Notes: generated by a model not told the origin, from the letters alone. A DNA stretch of 32,000 nt from Aciduliprofundum boonei T469 (GCF_000025665.1 NC_013926.1:870001-902000); one strand, 5' to 3'; counted from the first letter of the stretch, positions 7,612 to 15,331 are shown. Numbers and translations are program-made.

Positions 7612-9088
7612 TTTTACCCCTAATCTTCACTGCCTTTCCCTTTTTCTGCTGGAGCATGTCAATATGGCTCATTTTTGCAATACCCCATCCCCTCAATTCA
7701 TCCTCGTATACTACGGCTACTTCATCCTCTTCCCTTATATCTTCTGTTGAATTTAGAATACCTGCTGCAAAAACATCTCCCTCTGGATAAAAATCGTCTA
7801 TGTATACGGTATATTTCTCATTTTTTGCCAAGCATTTTGCGGATTCTTCCGTGAGTGTTAGCATCCCCTTTTGAGGATTGTAACTGAATATTCTTTTCCT
7901 CTCTTTCCATATATTGAGCTGGTAGTATCTTCCCTTTATCTTTGCTTCATCCAATAACTCTTCGCAACATCCAAATTGGAATCTAGCCAAACTCTTGAAA
8001 TTCTCTCTCTCAAGCACATTCCTTGGGATATGGTAATCCAATTTTTTTGTTGATTTTTCTAGTTCTTCATAATCCTTACCCCAAATTGTATGTGCTCCGA
8101 AATCATTTAGGATATCCTCTAAGAATCTCATGCTCTCTGGTAAAAATGATATTATTTCCTCGTATTCAAACTTTGAAAGATACCATTCTAAGGTATCCCT
8201 TATCAATTTCTTCTCCTCTTCGTACCAATGTCCTATCACAGGTATGTCATAATTTTGGGCGGGATAGAACCTTTCAAGCTCCCTTGGTACAAGGGCCAAA
8301 GGAGAGGTTAAGATTACCTCGTGCATGGTGGCTTTTATATGCTCTCTCATTTCTCTGTGCGATTTTGATATTGAATATGGCTTCTTAGCACTGCAGGGTA
8401 TGAGAAGCAAATATTTAGCCCAAGACGGTTTTTTATACCTATCTTTCAAACGCCCGATCCATCTCCTCACATCGGGCCTATAAAGAGAGTCCAATGTTAC
8501 AGCATTTATCTGAGGATTCCAAATGGGATAAAAATTTTCAATTAAAGAATAGTAGTTCATATCTAGATACCTCAATATTTCCTTGGCTTTGTTATCCGCT
8601 ATGCTCTCTACAAGCTCTCTGAGCAATCCTTTTTTCAAAGCAATCTTTGTTTGAGAGATAATAAATTTTGATATTGGCGGGGCATCATCAATTCTTCCTA
8701 CCAATGAATAATCTTCTATGTGCTCTAAAGAATCATCAAATATATCATACCCAAGATAAGTTAGGATAGGAATGAGATGAGGTGGAGCGCCCGGAGCGTA
8801 AAACAATTTATCAAATCCAAGTTTGTATCTGAGCTTAATAGTGTAATCTACAAAATTTGTAGTATTTCTTAAGCGAGAATTTATATGTGGTATCAGATAA
8901 ATATCATCCGCAATTTTTATTTCTCCTTCGTTCATCTCTGGTGTGTAAAGTACATCCCTTCCAATTTCAAAATTAAGAAATTTGAATGTATTTCCATTGA
9001 ATTCTATATCCTTTCCTGTCTCTAAGAGCAATGGAGTTTCCATCGTCCCTCTTGTAATTTTTGCTAATCCAAATCTTTTAACGAGCAT
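7595..9088 (-). CDS. arcS: Archaeosine synthase ArcS (TGT-like N-terminus, DUF5591 core, C-terminal PUA domain)
   Basis: It contains the ArcS signature PC-X3-KPY-X2-S-X2-H exactly (IPCSAKKPYSISKSH). The C-terminal region is PUA-like (DVFAAGILNSTEDIREEDEVAVVYEDELRGWGIAKMS). The ATG lies 4 nt after the stop of the giant gene. Confidence 0.9.
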   Translation of the reverse strand: MLVKRFGLAKITRGTMETPLLLETGKDIEFNGNTFKFLNFEIGRDVLYTPEMNEGEIKIADDIYLIPHINSRLRNTTNFVDYTIKLRYKLGFDKLFYAPGAPPHLIPILTYLGYDIFDDSLEHIEDYSLVGRIDDAPPISKFIISQTKIALKKGLLRELVESIADNKAKEILRYLDMNYYSLIENFYPIWNPQINAVTLDSLYRPDVRRWIGRLKDRYKKPSWAKYLLLIPCSAKKPYSISKSHREMREHIKATMHEVILTSPLALVPRELERFYPAQNYDIPVIGHWYEEEKKLIRDTLEWYLSKFEYEEIISFLPESMRFLEDILNDFGAHTIWGKDYEELEKSTKKLDYHIPRNVLERENFKSLARFQFGCCEELLDEAKIKGRYYQLNIWKERKRIFSYNPQKGMLTLTEESAKCLAKNEKYTVYIDDFYPEGDVFAAGILNSTEDIREEDEVAVVYEDELRGWGIAKMSHIDMLQQKKGKAVKIRGKIKTTG

Positions 9089-9092
9089 AGAA

Positions 9093-12000
9093 TCACTCGA
9101 AATTAAACGGAGTGCCGCATTTCAGACATTTTCCTGCTCTCTTCGCACAAGGCAAATGGTAAACTGCACCACAGGTATCGCATATTACAATGTCCATGCC
9201 TGGAAGTATCGTTCCTCTGCAGAGAGTGCATTTAACCTTTTCTTTATTCTTCTCGATATGGAAACCTTTCTTTGATATTTTGTACTCTACTTCAAATTCC
9301 TCCTCGTATTTCTTTCCATCAAATCTTTCATAACTAATTTTTACATTTATTTTTTCTCCCTTTCCTTCTGCAAGGAAGCTCTCAACAATTTCCTCGGAAT
9401 CTTTTGCAATTTTCATTATTGTTATATCGCCCTCGGTCTTTAAAGAGCCGTTTAAGCTTAAGTGTACATTACGAGCATCCGTGCTACCTTCATTCCTAAC
9501 TCTGATTTTTGCTAAATACTTATCATTTACCTTTTGAGTACTGTCTATGGCTACAACTAATTTCGGTTTGAGTTTTTCAATCTCATCCCAAATTTCATTC
9601 TCTATATCTTCCATAACTTTTATTCCCTTCTCCAAATCCTCCTGCGAGGATAAAGCATCCTTTAATCTTTTTATGTATGAATCCATATTCAACCCGAGAG
9701 AAATGGCGGATTTGATTAATTCTTTGAGTTCCATTGCCTTCTTGTTGAACTCTGCTACTCTATTGCGATACTCACCTACATACTTTATCGCATCTTCGTA
9801 AATTTTTATCGCACTCTCATAGTTCCCCTTTTCTACATTCTCTAAAATATTCCTTTCGTACTCTTCTGCTTTCTTTTTGCTGTACTTCATAACCATTTCT
9901 TTTGCCCTTGCTGCTCTATCTTTAGTGTATTCCTTAATATAAGTTTCAAAGTTCTTCTCGAGCTCTTCAAGCTCGCTCATGGCTATGTCATAATCCATAT
10001 CATTTAACTCATCCATCAATTTTGATGCCCTATCTCTATAATCTCCCAAGTTCAATCCAAAAGTCTCAAATTTATTTAATTCATTCATGAATTCCTCGAT
10101 ATCGTCTCTTATTTTTTGTTTAATGATTTCAACCATCTTATCTTTAAGAGCTTCATAATATTCTAAAAATTCCTTCGGGCTATCTTTGAGCTTTTCTAAT
10201 TTACCTCTCTCTTTATTCAAATCAATATTGGCCTTAATCTTTGTCTCTCCAATAATCTTACTCATCCTCTCAAACTCATCCATCTTATCCTTCATTATAT
10301 TTGCAACTATGCTAAGCGCTTTCTCTTTGAGTTTAGGTATTAAGGAGTTTAAAGCAACGACATCTTTGTTTGCAAAGGCATTGTTTATCTCTTTGATATT
10401 ATCTTCTAGTTCATCTCTCAAATCGAATTCTATGATGGGTTTTAGAATCTCTTCGTATCTCCTTCTATACTCTCCTATAAACTCTTCAATCTTCTTTCTT
10501 GCCTCCTTATGAGCTTCATTTACAAGCTTGAGTGCAGAATCATAATGTAAGCCCTGCAACTCTTTTTTTGCATTGGCGAGCGGGATTAGAACATTCCTCA
10601 TATCTATACCAAGGGCTTTGCCCTGCTCAATATACCTTTTGATCTCTTTATTCTTATCCTTGATTATTTCAATTATTTTCTCAATATTCCAAAGCTTTTC
10701 ACTAACATTCATGGCTTTGTCTATTGCTTCCCTGTACTTCTCATTCAAAAACAGGCTCTTAGCGTTTCTATACTCTGAAATAATATCCTTGGGTATTAGT
10801 CCCTGCATCTTTTTCATCTTCACATCCAGAGTTTTTAAAATTCCATAGGCAGTGTTTTTCTGCATACCTACATTTTCAATCTCTTCCATTGCATTCAAGG
10901 TGAGAGTCAAAGAATCCCTATAATTCCCTTTCTTCATAGAGGATTTTGCCCTAACAAGCATAGATTCTGCCGTGGTAATATTCTCACCCATTCTTCTCAT
11001 TCTTGTTAATTCTAGTTCAACATCATTTATCATGCTCTCAATTTTCTCTTTAATCCCTTTCTCGATCTCTTTAGCCAAATCCTCGAGTCCCTTCTTTCTG
11101 TGTTCTATGTTCTCTGATTTTTCTAGCTCTTTAGCCCGCTCCAAATAGGGCTTTGTGTCAATTCCAAGGGATGAAGCTACAGTTATCAATCTTCCAATTC
11201 TGTTCTCCAGATCCATTAGTTTCATTTTCTCTCCATGTATCTTCTTTATCTCGCTCTCAAGGTTCTGGAGCATCGAGAAAGCTTCTTCTACATTCCCTTC
11301 CCAGAATTTCTCTTTGCTGGCAGCTATTGGGGAATCATCAACATTCACTCCCAAATCCCCCAAATCTGATATTAGCTTTTCAAGACGATTTACATAGTTA
11401 TTGAAAATAATTTCAATGGATTTTTTTAATCTCTCAATAGTTTTCTTTCCTATCTCTTCCAGATTCTCATACTTTCTCTCCTTATATCTTATGAAGAAAT
11501 CCTCTGTGATAGTTAAATAATCCTCTTTGAAATTGAAATCTCTCATAATCTTTCCTATACTCTCAATTTCCCTGCGAATCACATTAATTCTTCCTTCAAT
11601 TTCAATTGATTTAGCTAAATCAAAACCATTCTTTATGCTCTCTTCAATATCTTCAAATTCATTGTTCTCTATTTTTCTTTCTATTTCCCTTATTAGCTCT
11701 TCCAATTTTTCAACATTGTATCCCAAATCTAAAAGCTCATTCTTTCTCTTCTCTAACTCATCTTTCATTGAGAGGGCTTTATTCATTTTATTCATTAGAT
11801 CTTTAATTCTCTCATCAATCTCTGCAGTGTATTTTATGACATCCTGGTATCTTTTATCTTTTAAACTCTCTGCCGCCATATTTAGCATATCTATGATCCC
11901 GTTCTTTTCTAAATCTATCTTCATCTTACTGGCTTTATCTGCCGAATCCTTGACGGAATCATACGCTTTTTGAGCTAGGTTTTGAGAAAGGGATTCAATT

Positions 12001-13889
12001 ATCACATTGCAATCTTTTAGATTTTTCTCAACATTCTCTAGGTCTTTTCTCTCCAAAGATTCTTTTGCTTTGTTTAAAAGCTCCTCTACCTTCTCCGTAT
12101 CCTCTCCCAAATCTTTCAAAAATGAAATACTGGTTTCCGCTTCTTTAATCATTTTTTCATATTTCTCTCTCTCAATATTGAAAATTGAATCTTGGAGTTC
12201 TATAAAACTATCTAAAACTTTTTCAATTTCCCCCTTCTCTATAAGCTCGAAGACACTATTAATCTTTTTGTCTATCTCCTTCACCTTGTATTTCTTAAAA
12301 TCTTCAAGTTTGTTTCTGATATCTTTGTAAATTCTATCGTATAATTTTTCTTCAATTTTTCTTAGCACGATTATGGAATCTTTGTAATTCTCATCCTTAA
12401 GAAGTTTTTCAACATTTTCCAGCTCCACTTTTATATCCCTCAAATCAATCTCTGCACTAATACCCTTGTTGAGTATTGAAGATAAATCATTGTACAATGT
12501 ATTTGCTATATCTCTCAAACTGAATATAATCAATTTTTTAAGTTCGTCGACCATCTTTTCCGCATCTTCTGGATTTTTCTCCAGAGTAGCTTCAATATTC
12601 TCTATTTTATCTTCAACTCCTTCAAGTATTATATTCTCCTTTTTTAGTTCTTCATTGGATTTTTTAAGCTCTTCAATCTCTATTTTTAGCTGGGAATAGA
12701 GGTTCATTTTCCTTTCTAACATTTGAAGGGCTTTTAGGATGGTATCATACGCTTTTTTATGCTTTCCTATTTTGAGGAAGTTTTTGGCATTATCAATCAT
12801 CCCTAAATAAGGTGAAATATCAATACCTTTCTTCTTAGCATCAAGTAGCTTATCTCTTGCATTCTTCATAAGTTCCAATACCTTGTGTAATTTTATCTTC
12901 TCAGCTTCTTCCGTTGCCTTTTTTACCAGTTCTACGGCATTATCAAGATCATCATTTTCATAAGCGATTTTTGCTTTGTTGAAGATTTCCATAGGGCCAC
13001 TCATGTCCTCATTCATCTCTTCTCCTTCTCTAATCAAGAATTCTGATATGTCCAATAATTTTGTGAAAAACAGTTTAAAAGAATCTTTGGCAGATTCTAA
13101 AAATTCTTTCGATATCTTTATTGCGGATGAATAATCTCCAGATTCCAACGCACTGAGTGCATCTTTCTTCTTGTCCAAATCTATGGATAAAGAGTAATGG
13201 GCTGATTTTGCCAGATTTATAAGTTTATCCCCCTCTTTTATATTATTTTCAACAATATTTTTTGCAGAACTTTTTATCCTCTCCTCTATCTTTTTAAGTT
13301 GTGCAAGAACATCCTGAGGATTTCCCTCTATTTTATCGATCTCGTCCCTTACCCATTCAAAACCTTCAATACTTACTACTTTAGCTAAAAGCTCTCTCTT
13401 TCTTCTCTCCACCACATTTTTTAATGAGGAGGATATTTTTTCATTTATATCTTGAAGAATTTTCAAGCTTGAAGCAAAATCTGAAGAGAACTTCGATCTC
13501 GCTTCTTCTAAGTATGCCTTTAATCTTGCAGAATCTTCAACATTACCGGATGATAGAATCTCATCAATTTTCTTTGCCTCATCTTCAAATATTTTTTCAA
13601 TATCTTTCTGAATATCCTTGTAGAGATTTTCTAATAAGCTTAATGCCCTATCAAAATCTTTAACCTCGAAGGAGCTCTTTGCATTTTTTAGTTTTTCTTC
13701 ATAACTCTTTGTGTTTTTGTAATTTTTAAGCGTTGCAATTCCCTGCTCAACATCTTTTATATATTTCTCGCATTTCTCTCTCTTCTCCTTGATTGCCTGT
13801 GCCTTCTTTACAAGCTCCCTCTCGATTTTTATCCCGCTAAGGTATGGACTTGGCAATTTCAAACCTCCTATACATTCATTCTCTTTCAA
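9093..13889 (-). CDS. Giant (up to 1598 aa) K/E/I/L-rich helical-repeat protein with C-terminal CARDB-like beta-sandwich and C4HC3 zinc finger; no signal peptide, TM segment or P-loop seen
   Basis: The 4.8-kb ORF is uninterrupted. The opposite strand yields only short S/F/L-rich ORFs. No in-frame ATG occurs before codon 292, so initiation must be non-ATG. Candidates are TTG at 13889 (11 nt after the ftsZ stop) or TTG at 13856, which lies 6 nt after a perfect GGAGGT (13863-13868). Domain content is described in separate features. Confidence 0.85.
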   Translation of the reverse strand: MKENECIGGLKLPSPYLSGIKIERELVKKAQAIKEKREKCEKYIKDVEQGIATLKNYKNTKSYEEKLKNAKSSFEVKDFDRALSLLENLYKDIQKDIEKIFEDEAKKIDEILSSGNVEDSARLKAYLEEARSKFSSDFASSLKILQDINEKISSSLKNVVERRKRELLAKVVSIEGFEWVRDEIDKIEGNPQDVLAQLKKIEERIKSSAKNIVENNIKEGDKLINLAKSAHYSLSIDLDKKKDALSALESGDYSSAIKISKEFLESAKDSFKLFFTKLLDISEFLIREGEEMNEDMSGPMEIFNKAKIAYENDDLDNAVELVKKATEEAEKIKLHKVLELMKNARDKLLDAKKKGIDISPYLGMIDNAKNFLKIGKHKKAYDTILKALQMLERKMNLYSQLKIEIEELKKSNEELKKENIILEGVEDKIENIEATLEKNPEDAEKMVDELKKLIIFSLRDIANTLYNDLSSILNKGISAEIDLRDIKVELENVEKLLKDENYKDSIIVLRKIEEKLYDRIYKDIRNKLEDFKKYKVKEIDKKINSVFELIEKGEIEKVLDSFIELQDSIFNIEREKYEKMIKEAETSISFLKDLGEDTEKVEELLNKAKESLERKDLENVEKNLKDCNVIIESLSQNLAQKAYDSVKDSADKASKMKIDLEKNGIIDMLNMAAESLKDKRYQDVIKYTAEIDERIKDLMNKMNKALSMKDELEKRKNELLDLGYNVEKLEELIREIERKIENNEFEDIEESIKNGFDLAKSIEIEGRINVIRREIESIGKIMRDFNFKEDYLTITEDFFIRYKERKYENLEEIGKKTIERLKKSIEIIFNNYVNRLEKLISDLGDLGVNVDDSPIAASKEKFWEGNVEEAFSMLQNLESEIKKIHGEKMKLMDLENRIGRLITVASSLGIDTKPYLERAKELEKSENIEHRKKGLEDLAKEIEKGIKEKIESMINDVELELTRMRRMGENITTAESMLVRAKSSMKKGNYRDSLTLTLNAMEEIENVGMQKNTAYGILKTLDVKMKKMQGLIPKDIISEYRNAKSLFLNEKYREAIDKAMNVSEKLWNIEKIIEIIKDKNKEIKRYIEQGKALGIDMRNVLIPLANAKKELQGLHYDSALKLVNEAHKEARKKIEEFIGEYRRRYEEILKPIIEFDLRDELEDNIKEINNAFANKDVVALNSLIPKLKEKALSIVANIMKDKMDEFERMSKIIGETKIKANIDLNKERGKLEKLKDSPKEFLEYYEALKDKMVEIIKQKIRDDIEEFMNELNKFETFGLNLGDYRDRASKLMDELNDMDYDIAMSELEELEKNFETYIKEYTKDRAARAKEMVMKYSKKKAEEYERNILENVEKGNYESAIKIYEDAIKYVGEYRNRVAEFNKKAMELKELIKSAISLGLNMDSYIKRLKDALSSQEDLEKGIKVMEDIENEIWDEIEKLKPKLVVAIDSTQKVNDKYLAKIRVRNEGSTDARNVHLSLNGSLKTEGDITIMKIAKDSEEIVESFLAEGKGEKINVKISYERFDGKKYEEEFEVEYKISKKGFHIEKNKEKVKCTLCRGTILPGMDIVICDTCGAVYHLPCAKRAGKCLKCGTPFNFE
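9117..9230 (-). other. C4HC3 zinc-finger module (PHD / RING-CH-like spacing) at the C-terminus of the giant protein
   Basis: Residues 1554-1591 read CTLC-x12-CDTC-x4-H-x2-C-x6-CLKC. That gives eight ordered Zn ligands, C-x2-C-x12-C-x2-C-x4-H-x2-C-x6-C-x2-C. Confidence 0.65.
9279..9569 (-). other. CARDB-like beta-sandwich domain of the giant protein
   Basis: Residues ~1441-1537 are KPKLVVAIDSTQKVNDKYLAKIRVRNEGSTDARNVHLSLNGSLKTEGDITIMKI...INVKISYERFDGKKYEEEFEVEY. They show alternating beta-strand periodicity and the v.V.N.G...A.NV.v.L motif typical of CARDB / NPCBM-associated domains. Confidence 0.5.
9570..13742 (-). repeat. About 23 tandem, highly degenerate ~62-codon (~186-nt) protein-level repeats
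   Basis: The anchor position is the Y/F/hydrophobic residue of the [GKE]-[ND]-[YF]-x-x-[AS]-h motif. It recurs at residues 79,138,191,253,315,377,440,502,555,617,681,745,807,867,928,990,1052,1116,1177,1241,1300,1357,1419, with spacings of 53-64, mostly 61-64. Nine units also carry an LG-[IVLY]-[DN] motif 19-22 residues before the anchor (G355,595,723,847,909,968,1094,1278,1399). The repeats are not conserved at the DNA level. Confidence 0.7.
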
Positions 13890-13900
13890 GATTTAAATTT

Positions 13901-14947
13901 TTACCTTTGAGATCTCTCCATCTCGTAAGTCTTCAAGCTCTTTACTTCATACTCTTCCCCAAGAATTGGGATTTTTATATCGGTCAAAAGTACCAGTACT
14001 CTCATTTTATTTTCAAATTGCGGATCTATCCTTGCCCCGATCATAAGATTTGCATTATCTTTCATCAAGGAGGATATGGCATCTACGGCGGAATATACGG
14101 CTGAAAGTGGTACATTCTCTCCCGTTGTAATATGTATCACACCCCCACTTGCTTTTGAGTAGTCCATGTCCATAATGAGAGGCCTGTTTAAAGCATCTAC
14201 AACTATTTTCCTCGGATCACTGGCATCTCCTTCCCCTATTAGTATGGTGGAGTATCTTCCATTCTTCATTATCCTCTTCAAATCCTCCAGATCTATATTC
14301 ATCAAAGATGGCTTGGTGAGAACATCCACAAAGGACATTATTGTATAGCTTATAAGCTGGTCCATAACAATGAATGCCTTTTTGATTGGTAAATTTGGGG
14401 CAATTTCCATAAGTTTGTCATTTTCCAAAACTATTAGTGTGTTGGATAATTCAACGATTCTTTTCAACCCTTCTTTTGCCTTTATGAACCTCGCTCTTTC
14501 AATCTTGAACGGCATGGTGGCTATCGTTATAACCAATGCTCCTTTTCTCTTTGCAATTTCTGCAATTATGGGAGTTGCCCCTGTGCCTGTGCCCCCTCCA
14601 AGCCCAGTTGTTAGAAAAACAATATCTATGCCATCAAATATATTTTCAAGCTCCTTTGATGCAAGGATTGCACTCTTTTCTCCTATTTCCACCAAGCCCC
14701 CAGAGCCCAAGCCCTTTGTGTATTTTTTCAAAAGAATCTTTTTATCTGCCTCAACAGTTCTTAGGTTATTTATATCTGTATTAATCGCCACAGTGGGTAC
14801 GGATAGTCCTAATTTTTTCATCCTGCTTACAGCATTGCATCCAGCTCCGCCTATCCCCACAACCATGATATTAATTTTCTCCTCGTAGAGCTCCCGCTCA
14901 ACAAGAGTGTATGAGGAAGCCCTTCTTATGAGGGATTCTATGCTCAA
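13901..14947 (-). CDS. ftsZ: FtsZ-family tubulin-like GTPase (FtsZ2-like by synteny with an upstream RHH gene)
   Basis: VVGIGGAGCNAV (G1), AINTD, and the tubulin signature GGGTGTG (14579-14599) are present. IVLENDKL and the T7 loop NIDLEDLKRIM (N-x-D-x-x-D retained) are also present. The start must be TTG at 14947: it abuts the RHH stop (TAATTG), and GGAGGGTGA lies 7-11 nt upstream. The first in-frame ATG would delete the residues preceding strand S1. Confidence 0.9.
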   Translation of the reverse strand: MSIESLIRRASSYTLVERELYEEKINIMVVGIGGAGCNAVSRMKKLGLSVPTVAINTDINNLRTVEADKKILLKKYTKGLGSGGLVEIGEKSAILASKELENIFDGIDIVFLTTGLGGGTGTGATPIIAEIAKRKGALVITIATMPFKIERARFIKAKEGLKRIVELSNTLIVLENDKLMEIAPNLPIKKAFIVMDQLISYTIMSFVDVLTKPSLMNIDLEDLKRIMKNGRYSTILIGEGDASDPRKIVVDALNRPLIMDMDYSKASGGVIHITTGENVPLSAVYSAVDAISSLMKDNANLMIGARIDPQFENKMRVLVLLTDIKIPILGEEYEVKSLKTYEMERSQR

Positions 14948-15331
14948 TTAACTCTCACCCTCCACAATTTCTTTTTTAATTCCCTCTTCAATCTCCTTCT
15001 TTGCAAGAGTGGATATTTGTCTTCTAACATACTCCCTAACGGCTGTTCTTATTGCATCATCCATATCCACTGCCTCTCCTGCCTCCACGAGCTTGACTAG
15101 CATCGCAACAGTGCCCTTTGGCAGATCTACACTTATCTTCTCAATATTGCGAGGCGCAAATTTCTCAGCTAGAAAATTCTCAATTGCAGTACGAACAACC
15201 TCAGATAAATTTTTGAACTCACCACTCTTGACTAACTCTTCCATTTTTTCCGCCGCATTGCGGGAGAGCCTGATTGTAATCCTTATTGAATCGGACATTT
15301 TAACTGCCTCTTTCCATGTTTTGTCTGACAA
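14948..15331 (-). CDS. Tandem ribbon-helix-helix (CopG/MetJ-type) DNA-binding protein, CdrS/CdrL-like
   Basis: One chain carries two RHH units: IRITIRLSRNAAEKMEELVKSGEFKNLSEVVRTAIENFL and EKISVDLPKGTVAMLVKLVEAGEAVDMDDAIRTAVREYV. The more likely start is ATG at 15298 (MSDSIRITI...), preceded by GAGG 8 nt upstream. The ORF-track start at 15331 is a TTG lying about at the predicted transcription start. Confidence 0.8.
   Translation of the reverse strand: MSDKTWKEAVKMSDSIRITIRLSRNAAEKMEELVKSGEFKNLSEVVRTAIENFLAEKFAPRNIEKISVDLPKGTVAMLVKLVEAGEAVDMDDAIRTAVREYVRRQISTLAKKEIEEGIKKEIVEGES

Noticed and set aside
9547-13663. A series of plus-strand ORFs (77-148 aa) antisense to the giant gene, for example 10186-10512, 11527-11973 and 12007-12330
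   Set aside because: Their translations are low-complexity S/F/L/I strings. That is the expected mirror image of a K/E/I/L-rich sense frame. None has a plausible start context, and the 4.8-kb minus-strand frame is far too long to be open by chance.
9093-13889. The giant coiled-coil protein as an SMC/Rad50-type ATPase
   Set aside because: No Walker A (GxxxxGK[ST]), Walker B, signature or hinge motifs occur anywhere in the 1598 residues. The periodicity is a 62-residue repeat rather than two long antiparallel coiled-coil arms.
14370-14888. 172-aa and 82-aa plus-strand ORFs antisense to ftsZ
   Set aside because: The minus frame encodes the complete FtsZ signature set (GGGTGTG, NTD, T7 loop). 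The antisense products are low-complexity and have no start signals.
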